DNA of 60,552 nucleotides from a virus (lineage: Duplodnaviria > Caudoviricetes), in the IMG/VR virus record IMGVR_UViG_3300029267_000655, positions 1 through 60,552 of that record. One strand, given 5' to 3'. Both the position numbers and the translations under genes were made by a program. This document shows, one piece after another, positions 17,921 to 27,137 of this stretch. The first letter of the stretch is position 1. Each line of letters opens with the position of its first letter. The notes beneath the pieces were generated by a model that had not been told where the DNA came from, did no database searches, and saw nothing but the letters and a program-made list of their open reading frames with translations.

Positions 17921-18291
17921 CTGTCTTCCTCTGCTTGGTCTTTCTTGTCTTCGCTCTCGTCTAGGTCTGAAATCTCTTTGACCTTCTCATAGAGAGTCTT
18001 AACGATCTTGTTCTTCCAAGAGAGGATGACTTGTTTAGGTACGTTCTGACCCTTCTTAGGGCCGTCAGCGTAGTAGAGACAGTAAGAGACTAGAAGAGGC
18101 TCAACGCTAGCTAGATTGCGGATAGATTGCGGCTTACCGCTCTCTCCTAATTGAGTGCAAGCTAGCATAGCGTTCCGGTAGTTAACCGCTGCCTCTCCTG
18201 TAGCCTCACGTAAGATGTATTGATCACCTCCAATCTTAACTGGAATCTCGATCAGTGTTACATCTTCAAAGTTCAGTTCTTCAACTCCCAT
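17908..18291 (-). CDS. Tail assembly chaperone (gpG-like)
   Basis: Between the tail tube and tape measure genes; carries the slippery site. Confidence 0.85.
   Translation of the reverse strand: MGVEELNFEDVTLIEIPVKIGGDQYILREATGEAAVNYRNAMLACTQLGESGKPQSIRNLASVEPLLVSYCLYYADGPKKGQNVPKQVILSWKNKIVKTLYEKVKEISDLDESEDKKDQAEEDRGNE
17914..17920 (-). promoter_or_regulatory. Programmed -1 ribosomal frameshift heptamer G GGA AAC
   Basis: X XXY YYZ in the reading frame, just before the last codon and stop of 17908..18291. Confidence 0.85.
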
Positions 18292-18323
18292 AGTTCTTCG
18301 CTCCTGAGTTAAGTGGTTAGGGG

Positions 18324-18800
18324 TTAGTCAGTACCAACCGAAGTCTTGTAGTTAGGTGCCGTTTCAGCTCCGGTGGACGAGTCAACATTGGTAGCAACAA
18401 TGACGATGTCGGCTAGGGGTTCTTCTCCTTCTTGGTTCTCTTGAGGAGTAAACGACCGAAGATAACCGAAGAAGTCTAGAGTGTCTCCGTTAGGGAAGTG
18501 AACCGTGATAGAACCGTTAACATTGACTAGAGCTAGGATCTGATCAATGACAACAGGATCATAGGCTACCGTGGCACTAGCGTCGGTTACTTCGTAGAGA
18601 CTTCTAGCTGCCTTGGTTCGGGTAGCACTATTGAACATGTTGGTAATGTCAATAGGATCACCACCGTCGATACCAGGCGGAGTTACAGTCTTCTCCCAGA
18701 AAGATACGTCGGCATCAGCAGCGAACGCAATTTTTGTACTAAATCCATCGTCTAGTCTTGAACCAACAGGAGTTGATCGTGAGGTTGTGCTTAGTGTCAT
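18324..18800 (-). CDS. Major tail tube protein
   Basis: Position; TPPGIDGGDPIDIT...ITVHFPNGDTLDFFGYLRSFTP. Confidence 0.8.
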   Translation of the reverse strand: MTLSTTSRSTPVGSRLDDGFSTKIAFAADADVSFWEKTVTPPGIDGGDPIDITNMFNSATRTKAARSLYEVTDASATVAYDPVVIDQILALVNVNGSITVHFPNGDTLDFFGYLRSFTPQENQEGEEPLADIVIVATNVDSSTGAETAPNYKTSVGTD

Positions 18801-18812
18801 TTCTGACTTCCT

Positions 18813-19259
18813 TTAAGTCTTGGTTATTGACGCGACAGCATTCACTACAAATACTGTTCTCTTGCTAGTTGGAGAGTCCTTACCTATGAACAAAGGTGGA
18901 CCGGTTCTTGTTATTGCTTGAATCAGATAGGTTGAGCTGTCTATGGTTACCGACTCTCTATAGATAGTTGAGTCTAGAACCTCTGCTATATCTCTTGCCC
19001 TACCGAAGCAGTCTGTATACTTAGCTGATCTAACTCTTATTTGGATTCCGTACTTTTCTGTTCTAGACGAAGCGACCATATCACGTCCTTGGTCGATTCC
19101 TTCTGTACCGTAGACAGTTATGCAAGAGTCTGGATTCTCAGATTCCACAGCAACACCTATAGGCCAACTACCGCTAGCACTAGGTAACGTACCTAGAGCA
19201 TTGTTTATTAGGGAGCGTCTTACAATGTCTTCTGGACTATGGTCTAGCTGTCCTGTCAT
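18813..19259 (-). CDS. Tail terminator or completion protein
   Basis: Position; PDSCITVY...IQIRVRS motif. Confidence 0.7.
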   Translation of the reverse strand: MTGQLDHSPEDIVRRSLINNALGTLPSASGSWPIGVAVESENPDSCITVYGTEGIDQGRDMVASSRTEKYGIQIRVRSAKYTDCFGRARDIAEVLDSTIYRESVTIDSSTYLIQAITRTGPPLFIGKDSPTSKRTVFVVNAVASITKT

Positions 19260-19624
19260 TGCTTCTCTATCCTGACTTCGTGACTACCCTTTAGGTTGCC
19301 CGTATCAACAGGGGTATTCTTCATGGAGTCTCTTTGGATTAAGAGTGCTCCCACAGCTAGCGACTGAACTATAGACAAACCTGATTTGAACCCTCTTAGA
19401 ACCGTCTTGATAACTTGCTTGCGGTTTCTTCGGTAGGCATTCTCTAAGAACTTAGCTTCACCTACGTGATGATATGCCGCTAGGTTCTCGTGTACGTAAA
19501 CAGCGTACTTAACACCGAACGAGCCTACTATAACTGACCCTTCCTGTGTCTTAGAAGACCTTTTCCTAGCCTTGAGCTTACCTACCAGTCTGTCTACGCC
19601 TTTGACGTTATTAGACCTAGCCAT
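19256..19624 (-). CDS. Neck protein (HK97 gp10-like)
   Basis: YAVYVHE...AKFLENA and PVDTGNLKGS motifs. Confidence 0.7.
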   Translation of the reverse strand: MARSNNVKGVDRLVGKLKARKRSSKTQEGSVIVGSFGVKYAVYVHENLAAYHHVGEAKFLENAYRRNRKQVIKTVLRGFKSGLSIVQSLAVGALLIQRDSMKNTPVDTGNLKGSHEVRIEKQ

Positions 19625-19841
19625 TACTTCTACCCAATAGTCTTTGAGCTGTCTCTGTTCCCGCCTCTCCTCCTGAGAAGAAGAGTAGTGTCAGAATCTC
19701 AGTCTCGTCGAAGTCGTTTGCTGTTAGATAGAGTATGACAGCTAGGATAGCTAGACGAAGAAGACCCCACATAGGGTGATGGTGATTGTTAGTTAATTGA
19801 CTCACCCTATGCTCCTTAGTGTTTTGGTCTTGCTGGGTCAC
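19617..19841 (-). CDS. Small membrane protein, holin candidate
   Basis: Hydrophobic segments WGLLRLAILAVILYL and ILTLLFF. Confidence 0.45.
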   Translation of the reverse strand: MTQQDQNTKEHRVSQLTNNHHHPMWGLLRLAILAVILYLTANDFDETEILTLLFFSGGEAGTETAQRLLGRSNG

Positions 19842-20436
19842 TATCGAACTTCACTGTTTTTGGTCTAACTGATCCGACATATAGAATTGGTTTACCGTCT
19901 TTAACCAACTCACTTGCTCTAGCTACTGCTTCCCATTCTTTTCCGGTTGCTATGTTCTGTACCCTGTAAGACTCTGAGTAAGGTCTAGACTGGGTAACCT
20001 TTGTTCTCCAACTTTCGTACACTCTGTCTTGATCATCTTTATGGATAGCCCGAAGCCATCCGTTTCCAAGCATCTTCTCTCTAGGTAGACCGAATGACCT
20101 ACATAGCCAACCGTTAGCATGAATACAGTTGCCATCTAGATCACAATAGAAGATTCCAATTTGGAGTGCGTCACATAGTATCTCGTCTACTATGTCTAAC
20201 TCTGCTTTGGTCTCTCTTGTAAGCTCTGCTGCGGTCTCTGCAATCTCCAAACGTGTGATGATTTCTTTCGCAGCTTCGGAACCGAATTCATCCCGAAGAT
20301 CAGAAGCAAATTGAACACTACGAATGATAGAAATAACGTGCTTCCGCCAAAGAAGAGCGACACCACCAGCAGCAACACCCCAGCTAAGAAGTCTTTCTCC
20401 AACATCAAACCATTCACCTATGCTAGAAATATCCAC
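19816..20436 (-). CDS. Membrane-anchored PAS-domain protein
   Basis: N-terminal TM, coiled coil, then GIFYCDLDGNCIHAN...LGNGWLRAIHKDDQDRVYESW (PAS_3-like). Confidence 0.8.
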   Translation of the reverse strand: MDISSIGEWFDVGERLLSWGVAAGGVALLWRKHVISIIRSVQFASDLRDEFGSEAAKEIITRLEIAETAAELTRETKAELDIVDEILCDALQIGIFYCDLDGNCIHANGWLCRSFGLPREKMLGNGWLRAIHKDDQDRVYESWRTKVTQSRPYSESYRVQNIATGKEWEAVARASELVKDGKPILYVGSVRPKTVKFDSDPARPKH

Positions 20437-20463
20437 ATTGAAGAACCTTACTACTAGCCTTCT

Positions 20464-20640
20464 TTAATCAGCGTGAATAACTATTTTCAGGTCTCTTCTC
20501 TTAACCGGAAAAGTATCAGACTCACTACCTGTGTAGACTACGAAGTAACCGTAGTACTCTCCAGCTACGTCTACGTCTGCTGATTGGAAGTCATAGGTAA
20601 CCTTACCGTTACTGACGTCAGTTACTCTGAGTTGTATTAA
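20464..20640 (-). pseudogene. Start-less remnant of a BppU-N/Ig-like virion protein
   Basis: Open frame LIQLRVTDVSNGKVTYDFQSADVDVAGEYYGYFVVYTGSESDTFP...* with an in-frame TAG directly upstream and no ATG/GTG/TTG near its 5' end. Confidence 0.6.
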
Positions 20641-21002
20641 CTACCCAGAAGATTAGGTCTACTAATACCTAGACTCTTAAACACATCACCTGCGACGTAG
20701 TCGCCAACCGTCACGTTCCCAAGCCCGGCGAATGCCGACTCGGCATCCTCTGTTGGTTCACCGGACACCCACATCGTGCAGTCCGAGTTGCTGCCAGCGA
20801 GCTGCGCCAACACTGCAAACGACTGCTGCCTCGCGGACGACTCGCACGCATAATGCGTCGCGACTCCCGACGACAGCAACGGAACGGTAAACGTGAACTG
20901 ACCACCCAACGGGTCGAAGTACGCCGCTGCCGCTGCGTTCATCGCCGCGAGTTTTGCCGCAGGAATAATGATCAGCACTCTGTATGTGTAGTCGCTGCTC
21001 AT
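20637..21002 (-). CDS. Hypothetical protein (GC-rich island)
   Basis: Coupled to the upstream gene; composition differs from the core genome. Confidence 0.65.
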   Translation of the reverse strand: MSSDYTYRVLIIIPAAKLAAMNAAAAAYFDPLGGQFTFTVPLLSSGVATHYACESSARQQSFAVLAQLAGSNSDCTMWVSGEPTEDAESAFAGLGNVTVGDYVAGDVFKSLGISRPNLLGS

Positions 21003-21004
21003 GG

Positions 21005-21865
21005 CTACACCGCGATGCCGTAGATGTCAGACAGGTACGACTCGACCAATGCAATATGGTCGCCGCTTAACGCCGAGTCGTAGACAAGACACTGAAACAG
21101 GTGCCCCGACAGATTAGCCGCTCCCGATGGATTCGCTCCAAAACGCCAAGCGGTCTGGTTGTATCGCCTTGCCCCGTCGGACGAATCCAGCGTGCCATCT
21201 GCCCCGATAGTAGACAGCGGCAGGGCTGACCCGTTGTGGCGGATTGTCTCTGACGTCCCGTTGAGTTGAGACGTGATGATGTACGCACCCGCTGTCATTG
21301 TTGACGTGCAACCCCTGCCGTATGATTTATTGTCGACCGCACCCGTGTAGGCTAATTGCGTACACACCTCAGACGATGGCAGCCCCGTGTCGCCCAGAAT
21401 CAGACCGCACGCAGCATCCCCTGCTGAGCCACCAGCCTGAGTGTAGAGAGTGGCTTGCGCTGCCGTCGCTGATGTAATGTCGGACGGAATCTTCAACACA
21501 TAGAATATCGTGCAATCGGTCAACGACCACGATGTTGCAATGTCGAAAAAATCATCAGTCCCGTCGAACAGAATGCCCGGCTGGCCATTGAGAACGCCCG
21601 TTTTGTACGTACCGCGTTTGGCGAGCGTAGCCTGCGACCACGTGCGGTTGTTCCCACTGCGGTCGTTAATCTGCTGCACAGGGTCATTGTTAACCGCTGG
21701 TGTCGATCCTGCGTCGGAATACACCTGGTATCTCGCATCAGCCCACAGTTGCAGACCGCTGATGTCGGTCGGTGCCCACGCGTCCGTGATTGCGCCTCCT
21801 ACTGTGCTTATCCTTCTTCTAACAGGTAGGGATACTATCCTTTGTGTACTTAACCTAGTACTCAT
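21005..21865 (-). CDS. Concanavalin A/LamG-like lectin-domain protein (virion adhesin candidate)
   Basis: PTDISGLQLWADA...DRSGNN...LNGQPGILFDGTDD...LVYDSALS...VESYL pattern. Confidence 0.75.
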   Translation of the reverse strand: MSTRLSTQRIVSLPVRRRISTVGGAITDAWAPTDISGLQLWADARYQVYSDAGSTPAVNNDPVQQINDRSGNNRTWSQATLAKRGTYKTGVLNGQPGILFDGTDDFFDIATSWSLTDCTIFYVLKIPSDITSATAAQATLYTQAGGSAGDAACGLILGDTGLPSSEVCTQLAYTGAVDNKSYGRGCTSTMTAGAYIITSQLNGTSETIRHNGSALPLSTIGADGTLDSSDGARRYNQTAWRFGANPSGAANLSGHLFQCLVYDSALSGDHIALVESYLSDIYGIAV

Positions 21866-22362
21866 CAGTTCAGAACCTTAACTAATGCGTTGGCACCCGC
21901 AGCACTGTCTAAATCAAACAGGAATTCAATTAGGGTAAATCCTTTGATGTCTACGTGGATATGAGCTGGAATGTCTCCTGTAGGACTAACAACTTCAACA
22001 GATGTATTAGTGTTGACCCAACTAGCAGCAGCAATCGTATCAGCTAGGAATCGGCTACCCGTATAACCCACAATGTTGCCTAGCGTAACAGTACCTTGAA
22101 ATAGAGGCACAGGAATCCAGACAGGAGTTGCTTGATTGTCCTTAGACCAACCAATAATCCTCATATCGAATGCTTCATTAGCAGCATCAGTACCGCACGG
22201 TAGAACTAAGATAGTATTAGGTACGGGACCGAACGCTGAAGGGTCATACACTCCGTTACCGCTAGGCTCATTGGTTGTGGGTAATTTAGAGGCGAACTCT
22301 GTATCAGCAGAGTTGGTAGCTAGAGCTAGCTCAAACGGATTGTCGCCAGTTAGATTAGTCAT
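21865..22362 (-). CDS. Putative virion protein
   Basis: AAGGAG RBS; beta-rich. Confidence 0.55.
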   Translation of the reverse strand: MTNLTGDNPFELALATNSADTEFASKLPTTNEPSGNGVYDPSAFGPVPNTILVLPCGTDAANEAFDMRIIGWSKDNQATPVWIPVPLFQGTVTLGNIVGYTGSRFLADTIAAASWVNTNTSVEVVSPTGDIPAHIHVDIKGFTLIEFLFDLDSAAGANALVKVLN

Positions 22363-22365
22363 ATA

Positions 22366-22800
22366 TCAATTCTCCTTAGTCTTAGTCGCGTATCCGTTAG
22401 CTACCATAGTCTCACTCACGTCTTCGTCATCTAGATATAACTTACCTAGGACTCTATTGAGGGTGAGAATATCCTTTATGTCTTCAGACCCGTTGGTAGG
22501 TATGTGTAACACTACTTGCTTGTTTTGAATTAACTCTTTGAGGAACTTCTTAGCAGCTAGTCCTCTTACTTTCTCTTCCTGATCTGTAGTCCTGCTCTCC
22601 GGTGCCCAGCAATCTAACAGCCTTATTCTCAGTCTTCTTCGTATCTCTACGTCTACCGTATCGCCATCAACTACATAGACGACTCTAGCAGTAGTGGTCC
22701 AACCTAGGTCCGGTGCTTCAGCTATTGATACGGGAGCAACCAAACCCAACATAACGAACACACACAGACCTAGGCTAAGCCACTTCATACCAAACCTCAT
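22366..22800 (-). CDS. Thermonuclease (staphylococcal nuclease family) with signal peptide
   Basis: VVDGDTV, IRLLDCWAPES, RVLG, MVANGYA; hydrophobic N-terminus. Confidence 0.9.
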   Translation of the reverse strand: MRFGMKWLSLGLCVFVMLGLVAPVSIAEAPDLGWTTTARVVYVVDGDTVDVEIRRRLRIRLLDCWAPESRTTDQEEKVRGLAAKKFLKELIQNKQVVLHIPTNGSEDIKDILTLNRVLGKLYLDDEDVSETMVANGYATKTKEN

Positions 22801-23756
22801 CTAGAGCCAGGAGTCTTAACTATTCCACCGCCACCACCCGGAAACGCTGACTCATGAGCTCCACCGTCTCCATCAAATCCAGGAGCATCAGGCCATCGTC
22901 TCTTCCAGATGTTAGCGACGTTAGCTGGGATACCCTTAATCGGGGTTAGATCGTTCGTAGAAGGAATCCATAGCGTAGGTCTCCTCTCCTCGATCATCTC
23001 GCTAGTGGTGAATAGGTTCTCAGGATTATAGACACCCTTATCAAAAGCATTAGGAGCTATCTCAAACGTCGGTGCCTCAACTTGCTCCCTAGACATACCT
23101 AGATACTTCATAGCCATGTCTTGCTTAATACGGAGCAAACCTTTCTGCACTACGCTAGTTAGGAAGTCAGTAATGTCGTCAGAGTACTCGTTGTCAGAGT
23201 GCTGCATAATCTCACCCAATAGGATAAGAATCTGACCGCACCACTTACGAGCATCAGACTGCCTAACTCTGTCTCCGAAGTATGGAACAGGGAAGTAGAG
23301 AAACGCACCAGGAGTATTGACAGCGTGGATAGCATCACCTTTACGGTCGTCTGTCCAACCTACTGTCATATCGCTCAATCTCTTAATACCAAGAGTGAGC
23401 ATCTTGTTTAGATCAAACAACCACTCAGCATTAAACGGTCTACTGAATAGAACGTCTGGACGGTGCATCAAGTTGAATAGTTCAAGACCGATAAACCGAT
23501 GGATTCCTCTAACAGTCTCGTTACCAGTAACAGGCTTTCCACCGTCATTAGGAATAGCGTAACCGGCCTGACCCCACTGTCCGTTATCCCACCACCAGAT
23601 TTCACTAGAACCGAACTTGTTAGTAGACGGGTCATAGCTCTCTGGCTGAAACCTAGGTGTCTTGTCGTTAGCGTCTAGAATTGCTTTGCTCTCTGGTGTT
23701 TCATTAGGCATTGACTTTACCCTCTCCTGATAAGAGTAGTTGGTAGGCTTGTTCAA
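22797..23756 (-). CDS. Hypothetical protein (start probably at MPNETPESK)
   Basis: Long ORF in the operon; no motif recognised. Confidence 0.7.
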   Translation of the reverse strand: MNKPTNYSYQERVKSMPNETPESKAILDANDKTPRFQPESYDPSTNKFGSSEIWWWDNGQWGQAGYAIPNDGGKPVTGNETVRGIHRFIGLELFNLMHRPDVLFSRPFNAEWLFDLNKMLTLGIKRLSDMTVGWTDDRKGDAIHAVNTPGAFLYFPVPYFGDRVRQSDARKWCGQILILLGEIMQHSDNEYSDDITDFLTSVVQKGLLRIKQDMAMKYLGMSREQVEAPTFEIAPNAFDKGVYNPENLFTTSEMIEERRPTLWIPSTNDLTPIKGIPANVANIWKRRWPDAPGFDGDGGAHESAFPGGGGGIVKTPGSR

Positions 23757-25500
23757 TCATGCGGATCGTTGAAGCCTTATTAGGATACTGTTGGGATACG
23801 AGTCTCTGAGCTTCTCGCATTCTTGCTAAACCATCGTCAGCCTGAACCTCTTGATAGGTTACTACCTGCTCACGGTTTCTTAGACTGTTGACCTGTGTTT
23901 GTAAGCCTTCGATCTTGCTCACAAGTCCTAGTCTCTCTGTGTGCCAGCTTGCTCTCTCTTTGTCTAGCAGACTACGGAACGGGTTATCTGTCGTAGGTGT
24001 CGAACTACCGGACACTCTAGGAGAGCCGCGAGAATCGGCTGTAAAGCTCTCTGCTGCATTAGATGGGTATTCGGGCGGGTTAGACGTTCGAGACGCTCTA
24101 GAGCCGAAAATACGCCTTCCTACACGCATCCCTAGGGGTACGTACCACGGCAAACCGCCTGTAAGTGCTCCTAGTCCTACGAGTAGAGCGGTTTTCCCTA
24201 CCCCACCGGTGATTCCTGAGAAGAAGCCTTCCGACTCAGACCCATCCTTCTGTTTGTTATCGGGCACCGCTGAACCCGTAGAAGGATGCTCAGGAGCAGT
24301 CTGAGCCGGAAGGGTTGTAGTAGTCTTCTCTTCCTGATCTTCTTCGGGTTTGGTGTATTCGTTAGTGCTAGTCTCTCGCTTCTCAATAGTCTGCCAACGG
24401 CTAGGTTCGTTCTTCTCTTCAATAGGTAGAGGAGCGTCTAGACTATTGTCGTCAGGCTTAATCTCTACCGGTAAGTCTTTAGGTGGGGGTGGAGCTGTAC
24501 GGTACTTTAGAAGTTCTTCGCAGTCTCTCTTGAACTTACTGTCACTAGAGTAGCCAGCAAAGAAGTTACCCGGTTCAAGTACAGCAAACGGAATCGAGGT
24601 CACTTTGTACTTAGCTCGAAGACCGTAGACTGCTGGGTCTGGTTCGGGGTAGTTAGTCGCGGGGTTGATCCTCTCCGTATTAACCCACTTCACAATGAAC
24701 CGGTCTTTCAACCACTGTCTAAACTCACGGTCTGTATTCCACTCGTGAACTAATCTCTTACAAGGCAGACACGTATATGAGTGGAAGATAGTCAACACAG
24801 GCTTGGACGTGGTGTTACTAGCTACATACTCAAAGGTCTCTGTGTCTGCTGCTATGTGAAGGTACTGAGTATGAAAGAATACTGATTGCCAATCTTCGTT
24901 ACTACCTTCAGCTTGGTGAATTGAAACTCTACTGTCACTACTTAGTCCTGGTGTTCCTTCGGGTAAGTTTGAAGCAAAGCAGATTCCTAAGACGTTGTAC
25001 TTCTCATCAAACAAAGGTCCACCGCTATAACCCGGTTTGGCTACGTCTCTGACTCCTATACACCAATACTCTGAACCCTTAGGACCGTAAGCCAATCGGC
25101 TAGTCTCTGCTGTAGCTGATACATAGGTGACTTTTGAGTTGAATTTGTTACTAGGGTATCCCGCAAACCAAACCTTAGAACCAATCTTAGGTGACTCGCT
25201 AGCGATACCCATGTAGTCATCAAACTTACCGTCTAACTGTAGAGAGACTACCGAAGGTTTGTTGCCGTAAGGTTTGTTCTTGATCCTGGCTTGGTACTTC
25301 TTACCTTTGACTGTAACGGTGATTGGTTCACTAGGTACTACGTGGAATGCAGTTAAGACTACACCGTCTGGAGTAACGATAACCCCTGAGCCTTGAGAGC
25401 TAGGACTATCAATCTTGACTACCGCATCAATCTTCCGACCTAAAGCTGTTGAGCATAGAGACAGGATAATAATAAGAGTTGTGATTGACTTCGTAACCAC
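23704..25500 (-). CDS. Exported trypsin-like serine protease with a thioredoxin-like CxxC domain, TM segment and coiled coil
   Basis: Signal peptide; GSGVIV, LTAFHVV, PGYSGGPL; HSYTCLPCKRL...VTSIPF. Confidence 0.8.
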   Translation of the reverse strand: MVTKSITTLIIILSLCSTALGRKIDAVVKIDSPSSQGSGVIVTPDGVVLTAFHVVPSEPITVTVKGKKYQARIKNKPYGNKPSVVSLQLDGKFDDYMGIASESPKIGSKVWFAGYPSNKFNSKVTYVSATAETSRLAYGPKGSEYWCIGVRDVAKPGYSGGPLFDEKYNVLGICFASNLPEGTPGLSSDSRVSIHQAEGSNEDWQSVFFHTQYLHIAADTETFEYVASNTTSKPVLTIFHSYTCLPCKRLVHEWNTDREFRQWLKDRFIVKWVNTERINPATNYPEPDPAVYGLRAKYKVTSIPFAVLEPGNFFAGYSSDSKFKRDCEELLKYRTAPPPPKDLPVEIKPDDNSLDAPLPIEEKNEPSRWQTIEKRETSTNEYTKPEEDQEEKTTTTLPAQTAPEHPSTGSAVPDNKQKDGSESEGFFSGITGGVGKTALLVGLGALTGGLPWYVPLGMRVGRRIFGSRASRTSNPPEYPSNAAESFTADSRGSPRVSGSSTPTTDNPFRSLLDKERASWHTERLGLVSKIEGLQTQVNSLRNREQVVTYQEVQADDGLARMREAQRLVSQQYPNKASTIRMIEQAYQLLLSGEGKVNA

Positions 25501-25501
25501 A

Positions 25502-26299
25502 CTACCAACCTCCAGACACCATTGACCGGTATAGACTCATCACATAGCTGTCTATGTTGTGGTCCCTAGTGCCATCGGTTAAACCGTGTTTGCTGAATCT
25601 ACCTAACAACCTATCCCAACCTAAGAACAATGGACTAGGAGCAGGATTAACTAAGCTCCCATGTCGGTTGATGTAGGCTAGTTGTCCAACGTGTCTGTAG
25701 TTCCAATACCTAGGCGGTAGCCTACAGACTGTGTCGTTGTTGTTTACAAACCTATGGGTCTTGTTACCTAGGATGTAGTTGTAAGTGATAGACCCAGCTA
25801 TATTGAAGACTCTAGACGGTGCGTAGGCATAAACAGCTAGGACAGGTAAAGCTCTGTAGGTTCTCTCAACAGCTTCTACGAGAGCTTGACAAGCTCCTTT
25901 ACTGTGTCCAGTTATGAATAATGGTTTGGACTTATCTATGTGTCCTGCTAGTATGTCAGTAGCCAGACCCTTCTCTCTCATGAACCCGGCATGAACCTTA
26001 GCCGAATCACCTAACCCTTTAATGGGTACTTTGGTGTAGTCAAAATTCGCTAACCAATCGGCTAGATTATTGCTTCCCCTATAGACTAAGACTTGGAACG
26101 TATCAGTCGAGCAAAGGTAGTACTCTGTATCAACGTAGTCGTCGAACTCGTTATACCCAACAACAGAGTCAAACCCTATGTCTTGGAACCTCTCGCTAGC
26201 TTCCTGAGGAGAAGAGTACGCAATCTTGCTACAGAGAGCCAACCAGTATGCGTTACGTACGTTGAACGTAGAAACTAGGTGAAGGTTTACTGTAGCCAT
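25502..26299 (-). CDS. Lipase class 3 (alpha/beta hydrolase)
   Basis: VYRGS, VHAGF, ITGHSKG nucleophile elbow, RFVNNNDTVCRLPP, DHNIDSY. Confidence 0.9.
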   Translation of the reverse strand: MATVNLHLVSTFNVRNAYWLALCSKIAYSSPQEASERFQDIGFDSVVGYNEFDDYVDTEYYLCSTDTFQVLVYRGSNNLADWLANFDYTKVPIKGLGDSAKVHAGFMREKGLATDILAGHIDKSKPLFITGHSKGACQALVEAVERTYRALPVLAVYAYAPSRVFNIAGSITYNYILGNKTHRFVNNNDTVCRLPPRYWNYRHVGQLAYINRHGSLVNPAPSPLFLGWDRLLGRFSKHGLTDGTRDHNIDSYVMSLYRSMVSGGW

Positions 26300-26309
26300 C
26301 GGTCTAGTC

Positions 26310-26681
26310 CTAAGAGATTGTTGGTAGGGTGTCGTTGAATCTCTTGAGGTAAGCAACCTTAGACGCTACTCGATTCTTCACGTCCGGTATCTCTTCGTAG
26401 GCAACCACTTGATAAAGGTTAGTCGTAGTTGTTACGTCGTCGGGTAAGTCTTCTTCAATTCCGTACCAAACTAGCGAACCAACTACTAACTCTTGGTCTA
26501 CGGTTAGAGTGATGTCAGTGTTGATAGTTTCGCCCGTAGGTGAGAGGACTTCGTTAGTCTCTCGTTCCCACCTAACACTTAACTCAACACCGCTAGAGAT
26601 AGTTGGTTCACCGTAGTCATCAACCGAACTCTTCTCCCAGTAGACTACAGTCTGGAATCTATCTGTTAGTTCTGGGTACAC
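26310..26681 (-). CDS. Head closure or head-tail joining protein
   Basis: Position; DDYGEP motif. Confidence 0.65.
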   Translation of the reverse strand: MYPELTDRFQTVVYWEKSSVDDYGEPTISSGVELSVRWERETNEVLSPTGETINTDITLTVDQELVVGSLVWYGIEEDLPDDVTTTTNLYQVVAYEEIPDVKNRVASKVAYLKRFNDTLPTIS

Positions 26682-26685
26682 TAGG

Positions 26686-27108
26686 TTAGTCCCTATCTTC
26701 GTAGTCGTCTTGCGTGCTAGGTGGTTTACCTAACCAAGTGACAGAAAGCTTCCGTTTCCCGCCTTCCTTGTTCTCTTTGTTACGTTTAGCAAGCCAACCC
26801 GTAGTATCTAGCATCATTGCAGTCTGTCCCCACAAAGAAGACTCTAGATACATATCAGTCTTACCTTGAAACGTGGCATTAGCCTTTCCTGTAGACTTGG
26901 ATTGGTATTGCTGATCCCTATGACTAGCGAAGTGGGCAGCTAGGTAAGCTTCGATCATCCTGAGTTCTGTAGTCGATAGCTCACCGTCACTGTCTGCCGA
27001 CGCTAGTTGAGACGTTAGACCGTTCGCTGCGGTAATGAATGCCGTCAGATTAAGGTCTGAAGAGACTTCAATCAGCTCTCTAACTTCGGTCTCATTCGTT
27101 CTAGCCAT
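26686..27108 (-). CDS. Head-tail connector (adaptor)
   Basis: IEAYLAAHF...LESSLWGQTAMMLD motif; position. Confidence 0.75.
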   Translation of the reverse strand: MARTNETEVRELIEVSSDLNLTAFITAANGLTSQLASADSDGELSTTELRMIEAYLAAHFASHRDQQYQSKSTGKANATFQGKTDMYLESSLWGQTAMMLDTTGWLAKRNKENKEGGKRKLSVTWLGKPPSTQDDYEDRD

Positions 27109-27137
27109 AGCAATACCAATCCAAGTACCTACAAAGA

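Noticed and set aside
11145-21865. Diversity-generating retroelement acting on tail or lectin genes
   Set aside because: There is no reverse transcriptase, and I saw no template/variable repeat pair differing at adenines.
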